Shown: positions 1 through 11,610 of the stretch, in pieces
How the letters are laid out: each line of letters starts with the position of its first letter
Position numbering within the stretch: position 1 is the first letter of the stretch
From: Raillietiella orientalis
Taxonomy: Eukaryota
Reading direction: 5' to 3'
Assembly: GCA_036172245.1 (NCBI GenBank)
Contig: JAYWIR010000044.1
Location: forward strand, 496,001 to 560,000
DNA length: 64,000 bases
The notes under the pieces: generated by a model
Told to the model about the DNA's origin: nothing
The model's input: only the letters and a program-made list of their open reading frames with translations
The model's database searches: none
Translations under genes and position numbers: made by a program

Positions 1-1000
1 CTAGCCAGAAACTTTTAGTTTTGATAATGCCACACTTCTGGTTCCGTCTCACTTTTTCCAAGAAGAGTGCTCGCAGGTTGGGAGGCTGGGAGGAATCAAC
101 GATCGGCAGCCACTTGCGACGTGGATCCAAATGTCCATTACCTGCTTTCTTGTTGTGTCTCATCTCACAGGGCATCAAGAGTTCCTATATGTTCTTTCCA
201 GAGTGTGACAGTCTGCCTCAGCTGGAAACCAATAAGCCACATCCGGTCTCGGTTGACAGTTTCCTGGGGAGGGTAAGCAGAATGCCGATTCTTCTTTTCC
301 AGAGAGTTCCAGAATTGCAGGAGTTTCATGATAATCGCACTATATCAAGGATCCTTGCGAAGTATGATTTTCACTTCATCAGGATCTTTGTTATCGTCAT
401 CATCGAAAACAGAAAGTCCAGAGGGCTCCAAGGGAGAAGACATTATCCTCAATTCTGTGGACACGAAGGATAATCTGACGCAGTGGTAAATAGCAATGTT
501 CCAAAGCATTTTGGCGTTTGGATCTTTTATGGTCACCTGACGAATTCCCGGGTGGTGAAGGATGTATCGATTACCGCGTTTATTGGTGGAAGCTCTCTTT
601 CAGGCATACTTTTTTCTTCGTTTTTCTTCGCCAATCTGTTTCGGAAGTTCTTTGCACAGGAAGAGTCCATCATCTCATTCACACCGTCAGGCTCACTAGA
701 AACCCGTTAAAGACCCATTACCACCACTGCAACCACTAAATAGATGCATCGACCTCCAGCATTTGCAGATGCTTCTTTAAAGTGGTAGGTTAGTACTGTT
801 CCTGCATTTGTTTTTCAAGTTTGTTCCTGCTTCCCGAGAGTTTTTTGAAGGAAGAATAGCACAGAGCCAGTTATCATTTTTGATGACATATTTACTTGAG
901 TTGAAGATGTTACGAAGAGCAAGGAAGATCAGGTTGAACATCCTCTTTGACGGTATTTCTGATTTCAACTACTTTGCTCTGGAGCCATAGTTGCCTTCTT
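1..1000 (-). mobile_element. Decayed Ty3/Gypsy pol fragment (RT connection, RNase H, start of integrase)
   Basis: Frameshifted minus-strand peptides LEVDAS (RNase H start), MPERELPPINAVID (ERE.LA motif) and KDPNAKMLW (KDP.GRL.RW) occur in Gypsy order; many stops. Confidence 0.45.
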
Positions 1001-3399
1001 GGCGTAACCCTTAAGTGATTGCCAGCGATAATTATAAATGGTTTACTTTTCCAAGGATTAAAACCAGAAATACCCGTGGAATTGGGTTGTATATTATATG
1101 CTCCAATTGCTTCTTTTCCATCTTTAGGATTGGATCTTTTTTACAGCTGTGAGATAAAAAAAAGGACATGAATGGGGTTTTGAAAGCTAACAAAAAAGGA
1201 GCAAAGGAGCCGGTCCGGTTCATTATTCTTAACATTCATGGCCAAAAATTAATACAACAAAAATGATAAAAGATTTTATTGCATAATTAGTGGAAAAACA
1301 ACAAGAACCGAGGCATAGTTAAATAATCAAAAAACGCATACCAGTGGATCACACAGCATTTTATAAGCAACTTTTGCAGACTGTCTAAAAGGATGTTCTT
1401 AGGATATGAACACTGTTGCTAAATTTACGGAGCTTTTTGTCAACATGGCTGCAAAGTTTCAGGAAGTGACTGCTTTTGAGAAAATTCGATCTTCTCCAGT
1501 TTTAGTGTTTTCATCCGCCATTGTTTGTCCTGAATTGTGGTCTGCCGGTTGGTAAGCTGCATACCTTCGGAAACCCATTCTGCGGTTTCCACTACTGCCT
1601 CCAACACTGTGTGCTGCCATACACTATTTCCTTTTTGATTTTTTCATCCCATTTGGCTTCAGCTGCTCTCAACACCCTTTCGAGTCTCAAGCTCCATGGG
1701 CTCCTACAACAGTGGCTCGTGCTGATGCAAGTCAACTTGAAGTATTCACTCCTGTGTTTCCCTAGAGTCTCACAAAGCAGAGAAGTTGCTGCCTTAAGGG
1801 TCAAATGACCTCGAGTGTAGGTCGGGAGCCGCATGTATGAAACGCGTATACGCGAAACCTATGTGGTGCCGGTTAGTAGCTGCAAAGACGGTCCTCACCA
1901 ACGCAGTTCATGACCTTTGCATGGTCAACATGCTTTTCTGTCAGGAAAAGCCCATGTTGTGCGCCGGAGAGAGCTCAGATCAGCACTTGGCTTCTTTCTT
2001 ATTGCCTATCATAGGTAGATGAAGTACTTGATGGTGAACCCAGGCACTCCAACGCCCAACACTTGACTTCCCTTTACTCACTTAGAGGTCTGCCTTCCTA
2101 CTATCCATAGTTACCCACAGACTCTTTACAATTTACTTCAAAATTTATCTAACCTACCCTAACGCACCCTACTCCACCAAACACTGCACCATCCTATTCT
2201 TACCTGACCTAACCCAACGTAAGCTAAGCTACCATAGCCCAACTGGGGAGAGGGCATTATCCACTGGTTAATCCCCAAATAAATCCTTAGCGCAGTCAAA
2301 ATACCACTGGGGGCTGCCAGTGGTGGGTCCGTATTTTATTCTTCATTACTAGACTTCCCTCCATTAGGATATCACGAGCTGAATTGCAGACTGCTTGATG
2401 CGGCGATTCCTGCTTTCTCTTTCCACAAAGAGTGATTTTCTAGGCGAATACGTGGAATCACTCACAAGGGGATCGTACTGAATTCATTTCGATTGATTCT
2501 TAGCGTACAACCCTTCACACTTTGTACGCTCCGTAGGAAAATTAGCATGTTCCTTTTAACGGCCAAATGAGTTTTTTTTTTTTTTTTTTGCTTTCCTCAG
2601 TTCGTTTCCTCGAGGATTGAGTAAATGCTGGCTCAATGAAAAACGAAAATGACCTCCTTGCTGTGCAGCAGTTGTAATGGAGAGTGTTTGCTCGATTGCA
2701 CTGATTTCCAAACCAAGAAAATCGAGTTCTACCGTGTTCTCGTTCTCGACGAACGAGCTGCAGAAGCAAGAAAAAAAGTTTTATCACCTCCGAGGACGAC
2801 GATTCCCGCCACTGACCCTTCATCGTTTCCATCACCACGAAAATATGCCCATGTTCTTCGGCATTCTCTTTCTTACGCATTTGGTGTACGCACATCTTGA
2901 TACACCTTCACACCCGCGCAGCGGCACTAACAAACCCTACCACCAACCTCACAAGAGCTGTGCTTAATGCGGGGATGATCACCTCCATGGAGGACAGTGC
3001 TTCCAGTGGAAATACTGAGGGCTAAAGGTACGAATCCAAAGATCGTGGGCGAAATCCGGAAAGTAGCAGTGCCGGAAACTCGAATCTCTTTGGCGCCTGT
3101 TGGCAGGAGCACTCAAAGGCAAAAGTGCTGCACACGGGCAGCGAAATCATCCCACTGAACACCTTCTTCCCTCTTGCGTGCACTGCAGCCATTTCTTACC
3201 TCGCCCTTCCATCTCCATAAATTAGGACTCACGAACTTTGCTGTACGTCTTCAGGTCTTTTTCATGGAGCACGCCCTGCGTACGGCTGCTCTCGTTCGGG
3301 AGCTCCTGGAAATTATAAACTTAGCAGACTCTTTAGCTAAACGCGAAATTGCTGTCGAAGTCAGCATTCTAACCTTTCGGGGTCATGGATAAGATGTTC

Positions 3400-5500
3400 T
3401 GTTAGGCAAACCTAAAAAGGGGGGGAGGGGGGCATCGAGCATCCGGCAGAACTGTCCACGCACGCGCACATCGTACCAAAGGTTAAAGTCGGCATCGGTC
3501 TTGAAGGGAAGGCCTCTTGCGTCGGCATAGCCGCATGCAAACACGATCCGGGCGCTCGGCCAATTCGGATTCAGTAGGACTACCAGCCCTAGTGTTGCTT
3601 CCAAAAGCCAACCTGGAGCTCAGACCTGGAGCGGGTTTCGCGAAGAGAAGGAAGTGCCATTAGCCGCCAGTCAGCCATGTCGCTACTTAAAGCGAATTCA
3701 ACAACTCCAAAGCGCAGTCGGTGGGTGGAATGCCCACCAAAGTGTTGTTGCGGGGGTTTGTTCTGCTGAGTCCGTACCCGTGCCGAGGCGGCTTGGTTGC
3801 GATCCACTGTCTTCGGATGCCCTCGGATCTTTACATGGCATCTCCACCATCCCCCACGGATAGAAAGTTTCTCTGAAGAAAGAAGATTCGTAGGCATAGT
3901 GCAGCAATATGAATCCTGGTTCGGCTACTGAAGGAAGGGGTGCTCAAAGCAACGTTGTGTCTACCGCTGCTGAACGAGTCCTTATGAAGGGAAGATGTAT
4001 GATTATAATGCACCCAGTGCAACAGATTTTGCTGTGCTATTTTCCCGAATGCGGGTACACGACATGTGGAACTCTGTCACTGTCTCAGACTGAAGACATC
4101 ATCGACCACATGAAAGAATTCCATGGATTGGAGAATATCTTGGTCAAATTTCAGTGCCGTCATTGCCATATTTGTGTTTTTACTGAAGAGATCCTTGACC
4201 ATGTGTGTGCTCCAACGAAAGTTACTTTCTTCCGTGATCCAAAGACGCAATCCGTATTCAAATCTGCGTCCGCTGAGCCTGGTTGTGCGGACGCGCTTGG
4301 TCCATACAAAGGCTTTCTGAAACACACGGTTCACGACCGAGAAGAATCGAATCCCTTTCAACAAGGGGAAAAGGCCCTCTTTAATGAAAGATGCTCAGAC
4401 CATGGTGGTCCGGGGAACTCGCGATGGAGTGAATGGGCGCAGCCGACGGAGAAAGCTCACGCGGAAGCTAAGATGGAATCTGAAGGACCAACGGATTTGC
4501 CACGGAGACACAAAGGCTTCTTTGAAGAGCTCGATTCCATTTTAGAGAGGGTGGTGTGCGACGAGCTTAACATCCCCGTAAAACCCAAGCTTTAAAGGTT
4601 AAACACCAGGAAAGTTTCCTTCCCAACGTGGGTCTCCTGCAGGTGAAAGACGGGATCGACAAAGAACCGTTCGACGATGTGGATGAGATGCTTTGACTGA
4701 ATGGAGTCCAGTAGAGAAGTTGACTTTTCTAAAATAAAGCGCGACTGAGTGCACGGAAGCAAAATTCCTCTTACCAGGGACTGGGGCAAGATGGGATGAC
4801 GATCATTGGATCGCCTCCAAATCATCAATTATCCCTGGAATGCGCACACTCCCATGCGTAGGACTTGGGAATTGTGCCGGCAATGAGAAATTCTCCTGCC
4901 TAGGAGAAGCAGGATCTGATGTGGTTCACTTGGACGCCGCGTCAGGTGACAAAAATCATCGCCTCTCGAGGGCTTCAAGTTCCTAGGAGGTGAGGGTACC
5001 TGCTTTATTGAATTAGGAAGTGGAGGACTTGCGTGGAACAGAGGAAAACATCTTTACAACCTGTCATTCTCTCCCATCGCTTTTTTTTTTTTCTGGCATG
5101 AGAGGTTCAATCTATATAGAATTACTTTGAAAATTTTCCGTTCAGGTTCGCCATAGTAGGCACATTTTTTGTTGGGTGTTCTGGGAGACTCCTTCATGCA
5201 AATCGCAACCGCATTGAGCGAAGGAGACAACCGGAAGGCTCCTCAGTTTGTAGAATTAGAACAGCGAGTTCTTCAGCTCCGGCAGTCGGAACTTCTTTTT
5301 CGGAATTCCTGGACTCCATACGGATCTCGTAAGCACTTGAGCGTCATTCGTTGGCAGGCAGGCAGTGAGATGAGCGCCACCCTCCGTGGAAATTCCATTT
5401 TCTGTGATCATCTACGCTGGAGTGTCACTCCGAACTTGATGTCTTCTGCAGCTGCCATTTGGAATACGATGTGCAAATCACCTCTCACTTGGCGATCGCA
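3400..5500 (+). mobile_element. RLE retrotransposon-derived unit 1 (5' leader, ZF ORF, decayed downstream body)
   Basis: Leader and downstream DNA align with units 2-4, e.g. gcgaattcaacaactccaaagcgcagtcggt and gagtgcacggaagcaaaattc. Confidence 0.6.
3909..4595 (+). CDS. Zinc-finger protein copy 1 (228 aa), derived from the N-terminus of a NeSL/Utopia-like retrotransposon
   Basis: Uninterrupted ATG ORF. Finger 1 C-x4-C-x18-H-x4-H (CYFPEC...HMKEFH), finger 2 C-x2-C...H-x-C (CRHC...HVC), finger 3 degenerate; PTDLP at the position of the paralogs' PxDLS. Aligns with the ORFs at 18306 and 25335. Confidence 0.65.
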   Translation: MNPGSATEGRGAQSNVVSTAAERVLMKGRCMIIMHPVQQILLCYFPECGYTTCGTLSLSQTEDIIDHMKEFHGLENILVKFQCRHCHICVFTEEILDHVCAPTKVTFFRDPKTQSVFKSASAEPGCADALGPYKGFLKHTVHDREESNPFQQGEKALFNERCSDHGGPGNSRWSEWAQPTEKAHAEAKMESEGPTDLPRRHKGFFEELDSILERVVCDELNIPVKPKL

Positions 5501-6961
5501 TGCAAAGATGCAACACGGTTCCGAGATCTAGAGGGGACACTTTCCGGGATGCAGTTTCAGGACCTGGAAGCGCAATGACGCATCCGACATCCGACTTCGC
5601 TGGACGTTGCAGTGCAAGTTAGCTCGATGTCTCGAAATGAGCACCAGGCGTCGAACTTCCGGGTCTCAGGCGCGAAGGTTGCAGTGGTCTGGCCTGCTCC
5701 CAAAACGAAGCTCTCGCGTAGGACTGGATGCTCCGTTCTACATCTCTCCGCCTCATCTCATGAATGGTAGAGGTGTTGGAAGTAGAAAATTCGCATCTTC
5801 TGAATTTTTTTCATGCATTTCAAGTACAGACTTCGTTCTAGAACAGGCAAAACAGATAACATGAAGAGTGGACAGAAGATGCCACCTGATCCACTGTTGG
5901 ATTGCTCTTGAAGCAGCTTCCGTTGAAGTGGGAGCATCCACATCCGATTCATCAAGGCAGCAAAGCCACTGAGAGGAAGAAACAGTGCTACCGGATACGC
6001 TGAAGAAGAGGGGCCTTGAAAAGAGTGTCGTTCTCTAGAGTGGACCGGCTGCTAACCAGAAGTACTCCACGAAGAATAGGATTCTCAGTTCTGTTGCTTG
6101 CGAGTTGATCTGCATTTCTTGCAGGGTTGCGATTCACTCTTGTAGCCTGCGTGGCAGGAAGCTTTTCGAAGACTTGGAGCAACCTTTTCCCCTTCCTCTT
6201 TTGTGCATTTCCTTTTTTTCTGGAACCCTCCCGTTGATCCTCGCTGCCCTTCCTTTCCGCCGAACTAAGAGTCGGCGTTTCATTCCTCCCTCTTGGACTC
6301 GTGCAATGGTAAAATCGATGACCTACCTTGTCTGTGCATTTTCTCATCTTCGGAGAGTCAGCATCCAGGATTCAGCGGATGGCAGAGGAGCGCGCCGAGT
6401 TTGAGCAGAAGACGTGACCACAGGAGAACCAACCCACAGTCCTACCACAGTATGGAACAATGCGAGAACATCCCTGAGGTGGAAAAGAAATAAACATAGA
6501 TGGTTTCGTAAGAAACACAGAGGAATGTTTCCGGGACACCTTTGGATTAATCACCTCCGTAGAAGCCTTCCCATCTGAATCAGGAAGAGGTGGTCGACGC
6601 CACGGAAATGCAGCTGGCTTTCCTTAGTGATTGGGGAAAAAGGAATGATCACGCAGCCTCCACGATTATCTTTGACACTTCCGGTGAGCAAACCAGTTTG
6701 CCAGTTCCATCTCTGCCTGCACCATCCATCCGAGGTAAGCAGCACAACATGCGAGAACACGGAAGAGCATTGCACGCATAAATCCCATGCAGAATTTCCT
6801 CCAAAGTGAAATCGGGGGACGCAGAAGCAGACATCGCGCTTCTGCACCGAGTCCATCGCTGTGTTCAGCTCTGCTCTTCTTAATGATCTGTCTCAGCGCA
6901 AGGGGATAAGAATGGTCGTTCCGGTGTGGCGCGCTCTTTGCAGAGCGCCTCTGACGCGCTC

Positions 6962-7072
6962 GGAAGTGTCCCATAAAGAAGAGGGGCCGAACACAACGAC
7001 GTCACAGTGTCCCTCTCAGCATGTGATGTTCGTGTACTGGAGAGAGCCACAGAGTCCAGGGACTCCGAAAAC
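6962..7072. repeat. Donor of a ~108-bp inverted duplication
   Basis: Reverse complement of 8539-8646 with two substitutions and a small indel. Confidence 0.9.
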
Positions 7073-7792
7073 CAATCGCTGATGTCTAAAGAATCCATTG
7101 CTCTAATTTTACAAACCGTGAAGCATTACGGGTGTCTCTTTCGTCCAACGCGATTGCGATTCGCATTGGACCTCCTGGATTGGGACACCATGCTCATGAG
7201 GAAGACCTCCCAGAACAAAGATGTCCAGCTACGGCGGATGCGAACAAGAGATTGTTGAAAGTGACTCTGGACGCTCTGAAGGAGAGGGAAAAGCGACGGA
7301 GAAAACAGGAAGACGGCAAGGATGGCGAGGATGCCGCCATCTTGTTCCATGTAAGCTACCGATGAACGGAGCCCATACTTCTTCCCCTTCCTTGGAATTT
7401 TCAGCTCCTTGAGATCCCGAGGGAAACCATGCTTTTCGACCTGACTCGTTGTTGAAGTGATCTCATCGTGTGGTTTCTCGAGGCAGATTTACTTTCTTGC
7501 ACGCGCGGAAGTGCATTCAGCGTTTCAAGACCTCATTTGGGCACCATCCCGAATGGTCACTCCATCCTGGTGGGCACATTTCTTGGCACGTGCAATTTCG
7601 TTCTGCGTACTCTATTCCTCTTTATTTCAGTAGAGTTGACGCCCTTCACGCAGTCGAAACATTTCTTTGTCTTCATCAATCGGTTCTTCACCAATTCGCT
7701 CTCTCAATTCTGAGGAGCGCACACTGAAAGACGAACTTTCCCGGAACTTTTCATTTACGGCAGGTCATGCACAGAACTGCCTCCCTCATCGC

Positions 7793-8417
7793 TCATTTGA
7801 AACGCCTCGAGCAGCCTACGGATGTCCGTGACAAATACAAAGGTTATTCCCGTGTTATGCCCCATTAGGTGTTGACGTGTCTGGTTCCCGATCTTTGATG
7901 TGGGAATGCGTCCATTCCGCAGTTTGCGAGCATTGATCGCCATCGGGATTTTTGCACAGTTCCACACCGTTGAGGAGATCTTCCCGTTGTTGCTTAGCTG
8001 CAAAGATCTCATTCCGGTGCCATCTGCAGTGCTTCTCCAAAGGCCACCTCGTGCTGAATTCTTTCCAGCAGCCATGCCAATCACATAGAAACGGAAGTTC
8101 GCCTTGCGTCGCGAGATAAGTTTTGGGTAAATGTGGACCTTCATTTGGCTTGTGGGGAATGTAAGCTTCCTAAAATAACAGACTCGTTACGAACGCGCCA
8201 CATAAATTTCACCAGGACCTTCTGCATTGCTTGGAATTTTATCGTGCCCTCCATGATATTTTTAACCTTCGATAATTGCTTTACAAGAGGATGCCGCGTA
8301 TTCGCAACTGGGCAAAGCAACACACCAAGATCCGGTGCAATGGGTACGTAAAAGTCACATAATTTTCTTCAACAAAAATACTTGGAGCAGTAGCAGGACT
8401 GTTACACCAGGATTCAC
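7793..8417 (-). pseudogene. Zinc-finger family copy 2, pseudogene
   Basis: GTG in place of ATG, frameshifts and stops. Recognisable pieces: YPLHRILVCCFA, ILVKF-like QKVLVKFMWRVR, intact finger 3 CDWHGCWKEFSTRWPLEKHCRWH and C-terminus GITRE*PLYLSRTSVGCSRRFK*. Confidence 0.75.
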
Positions 8418-8538
8418 ACTGCTGCACCGCGCCTACCAATTTTCAATCTTCGGAGAAAGTTTCTATGGATGGAGGGATCGTCGAAGTGCCATCTAAAGAT
8501 CAGACGACACCCGAAGACAATGGACCGCAAGGTCGGGT

Positions 8539-8646
8539 GTTTTCGGAGTCCCTGGACTCTGTGGCTCTCTCCAGTACACGATCACATGCTGAGAGGGACA
8601 CTGTCACGTCGTTGTGTTCGGCCTCTCTTCTTTATGGGACACTTCC
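8539..8646. repeat. ~108-bp insertion in the leader of unit 2, inverted copy of 6962-7072
   Basis: Absent from the homologous leaders of units 1, 3 and 4. Confidence 0.85.
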
Positions 8647-9105
8647 TAGCGTCCCAGCACGGAGACGGACTCTGCAGAACAAACCCCTGCAACACCTCTG
8701 TGGGTGAAACACTCACCGACTGCGCTTTGGAGTTGCTGAAGTCGCATCGGGCAACGAGCTGACTAATTGGCGGGAAAGGCGCTTCCTACTCTTCGTGGGA
8801 CCCTAACCGTCTGGCTCTAGGTTGGTTTTCGGCAGCACCTTTTGGACTGTGGGTCCTCCTGAATTTTGGTCAACCGAGAACCCAGCTAGTGCCTCTTTTC
8901 GCACGTGTTGGGAATCGTAGGAAGAGGCTTCCAGCCTGAGCTCTATCAACCTGTGGTAGGGTTTGAGAGTGCGGCGAATGAGCCTTCCATATGTTAGGTG
9001 TCACTCTGTGTAGGAGCGCCCAAGAGCTCTGTCTATCGATGACCAATAAAGATTAAGAGCAAACAGCTATTCTGCGTACGACTGAGGAACGAGATTGCAG
9101 ATTTG

Positions 9106-9950
9106 CACCCGGTGATGCTGGGACGCTTATTTTACAGGAAAATAAAATGAACAAACAAGAGGGAAGCGCAGCCGTGGAGACCACCATTTCCTAGAAAGAC
9201 GTTCCATGGAAGTTCAAGGAGGGGAATCCACCGACACTCTCGACTGGGTTCCTGAACATCCGGAGCGAGGAGATTTGGAACAAAAAAACAAAAATACATT
9301 GGGAGGCGGGAGCAGGGTCTTTGGCTTTTCCCATTTCTTCATGAAACACCGGGAAAAGTCCTGAACGGGCGGGCGTGGGGTGTAAAAAAAAGGGTTGGGC
9401 CAAGCGTCACCGGCAATGCCCGGGCCTTTTCAGAAACGGCGCAGGATGTCGGCGATCTCCTTCCTCACTTCCTCGTCTAGGTGGTGCCACCTGGCAGCCA
9501 TCCTCATGCAGACAGATGCGATGTTGCTGGGAGCATCCGTTCTCCGCTCCAGCAAATGGCGGACCGTAACGATGGCACGGTTGCAACACGTCATCACTAC
9601 CGCGGCGCCTGTCGTGGCTCCACCTCTCGCGAAGAATCGCCTTAGCAATTCCACCGCAGTGTCTCCAGTGTTCAGAAGCGCAGAGTTCAGCCTCCGCCAA
9701 AGCTCCTGGAGGGCACTACAGTTCAACGAGAGGTTCGGGAACGACTCGGTCGCTGCGCACCTCAAGCAGTTCGAGGACACGGCGCTCTCGGAAATCCGGT
9801 TCCTGAGCTGGTTGCACTGGTAGTTCCAATGCAGAAATAGCAGGATGTCCTATTTCCACTTCAGTGGGAACACGCAAGAGCTTGGGCACCCACAGGCAAG
9901 GAACAAGTTGCTCACGAACGAGAGTGGCCACACACTGGAGCACTCAATGC
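9106..9950 (-). mobile_element. L1/Tx1-type LINE 3' fragment (subfamily A)
   Basis: ORF2 C-terminal Cys motif CLRCAATESFPNLSLNC, end ...EIADILRRF*, then a pyrimidine-rich 3' UTR and degenerate AATAAG-hairpin end. Confidence 0.7.
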
Positions 9951-11195
9951 GAAAGAGCTGAAGAAGTACAGGTCAAGATTGCAGGAAAAGGAAAAAAAAA
10001 ATCTGTGGATGGATCCAGCACTCCACTGGGTGGGGTTAGGAAAGGAGGGCTTGGGATAGATATTGAGGTGCGATGAAGGAAAGAGCAGCTCACCAAAGGG
10101 AATATGTCCACGAAACTGGCAGCGGGAAAGGCGGAGAGCGATGTTTTCGGTGTGTACAGACGGCACGCATGGGAAGGATGTATCCAAATGATTCTGCCGC
10201 TTCGGGGGGCCGGTTACGCAGCGAGGGGTCGCCACTTGGGCGGGCAAAGGTTGCTACGGAGTGTCCTTGCACCCACCGGCTGTGTTCGAAGCCAATCTCG
10301 GACTCCAGAGTCGCAGAGCACGCGGTTGGTAGCGGCGAGGCGGGGGCTGGGAGTACGTTAGATGCGATGACATATCACAGGAAGAACACCAAAGGAGGCC
10401 GAAACCTATGTGCAACCAGAAGAACCCAGAGATCAGCACTTGCGAGTCAGAAGACACGATGCCAAGAAAGCAACAGAATAGGGGGACAATAAGCGCCCAG
10501 AAACCGGAAAGGATACAAAGAGTCCCTCGTGTAATACATTACTAAATTGTAAATTTGAAAAATAAAAAAGTTCCTTGACAAAAATTCAAGAAAGAAGAGG
10601 GAGGAATGGAGATCTACGAAAAATCGAACCGCGACTCGTTTCTGCTATTGGCAGCGAGGCAACCCTTGACCCCATCGGCGACGCGGTCAGGACTACAGAG
10701 GTAGTGCAGCATGACGAACCCTCCCTTACTCGTCACGAAAGGAGCCGAGAAGATGCCTCCTTATACGAGGTGGTCGAGGGGCGAGAAGAAACTCTTCAAA
10801 CTCTCGAGGAAGGCGTTTAAGAGTGCAGCAGCCGACCATCAGCGAGAGCACCCTGTTCTGATACGAAGCTTCGAACCGCCGACTGAGAACGAGCACATCT
10901 GCAGATTTTCGTTGAGCAAGCCAGAAGCCCCCATACCCTCAGGAAGAGGATGCAGTGGGTGCCTCTTGACACGCTCCACTGCAAAGCCGGATGCCACTCT
11001 GCCGTTTTCCCGGAACCCAGATAACCAAAGTCGCGCGTGACCTTCTGGAACTTGACGAGCCACGAGCGGAAGGCAAAAGACGAGACGAAGAGGCCACCCT
11101 GCACCCCTTCGGTCCCCCTCAGCTACAAGAAATTCAAAATCGAAAAGCGGGGGACGCCTGGGAGATCAAGGTGATCGCAGGTGGTAAGCTGTTTC

Positions 11196-11609
11196 TCACC
11201 CGGGTGCGCCGGGGCGTTTATTGCTAAACTATTCAAGAACAGAATTTCCGGACAAAGGACTCAGAAAAAACGAAGGGGGGATCCCCGACACGCAGGTCGG
11301 TACACCGAAAGGGAGGGGACCACAAATACGCACATAAAAAATAGAAATAAAGGTATGGGGAGGGGAGGGGACAGAGGTCTTTGGTTTTGGCCGTTCCTTT
11401 CCTTCAGAACCGGCTATGGATGCCGGTGATCTCTCTCCTAACGTTCTCTGGAAGATGGGCCCACTCGGTAGCCGACATCATGTTCTCATCGGCTATTCCG
11501 GTGGCCTGAGGACGAGTCGCCTGCTTCTCCAGCTCTCGGTGGGCCTTGTCGATGGCGCGGGTGCAACAGACCGTTGCAACGACAGCACCCAAGGACAGGC
11601 CGCCTGGTT
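11196..11609 (-). mobile_element. L1/Tx1-type LINE, short 3' fragment in tandem with the next copy
   Basis: Diverged duplicate of 11611-12040, encoding GAVVATVCCT.AIDKAHRELEK...EITGIHSRF. Confidence 0.8.
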
Positions 11610-11610
11610 A

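Larger units (their letters stand above)
5600..9045 (-). mobile_element. RLE retrotransposon-derived unit 2 with decayed reverse transcriptase
   Basis: Minus-strand remnants TGTTILIP (~6900; STTILIPK of NeSL/Utopia RT) and MWMLPLQ...SGGIFCP (~5900; thumb GG.G.P). Leader at 8430-9045 is homologous to 18912-19430. Confidence 0.6.

Noticed and set aside
2145..2240. CCTAA/AACCT-like tract suggesting an interstitial TTAGG telomere
   Set aside because: Too degenerate; an ordinary low-complexity tract.
11158..11200. Resemblance to the U1 snRNA 5' region next to a Tx1 end (gggagatcaaggtgatcgcaggtggt)
   Set aside because: Short and gapped, the rest of U1 is absent, and it is not seen at the other junctions.
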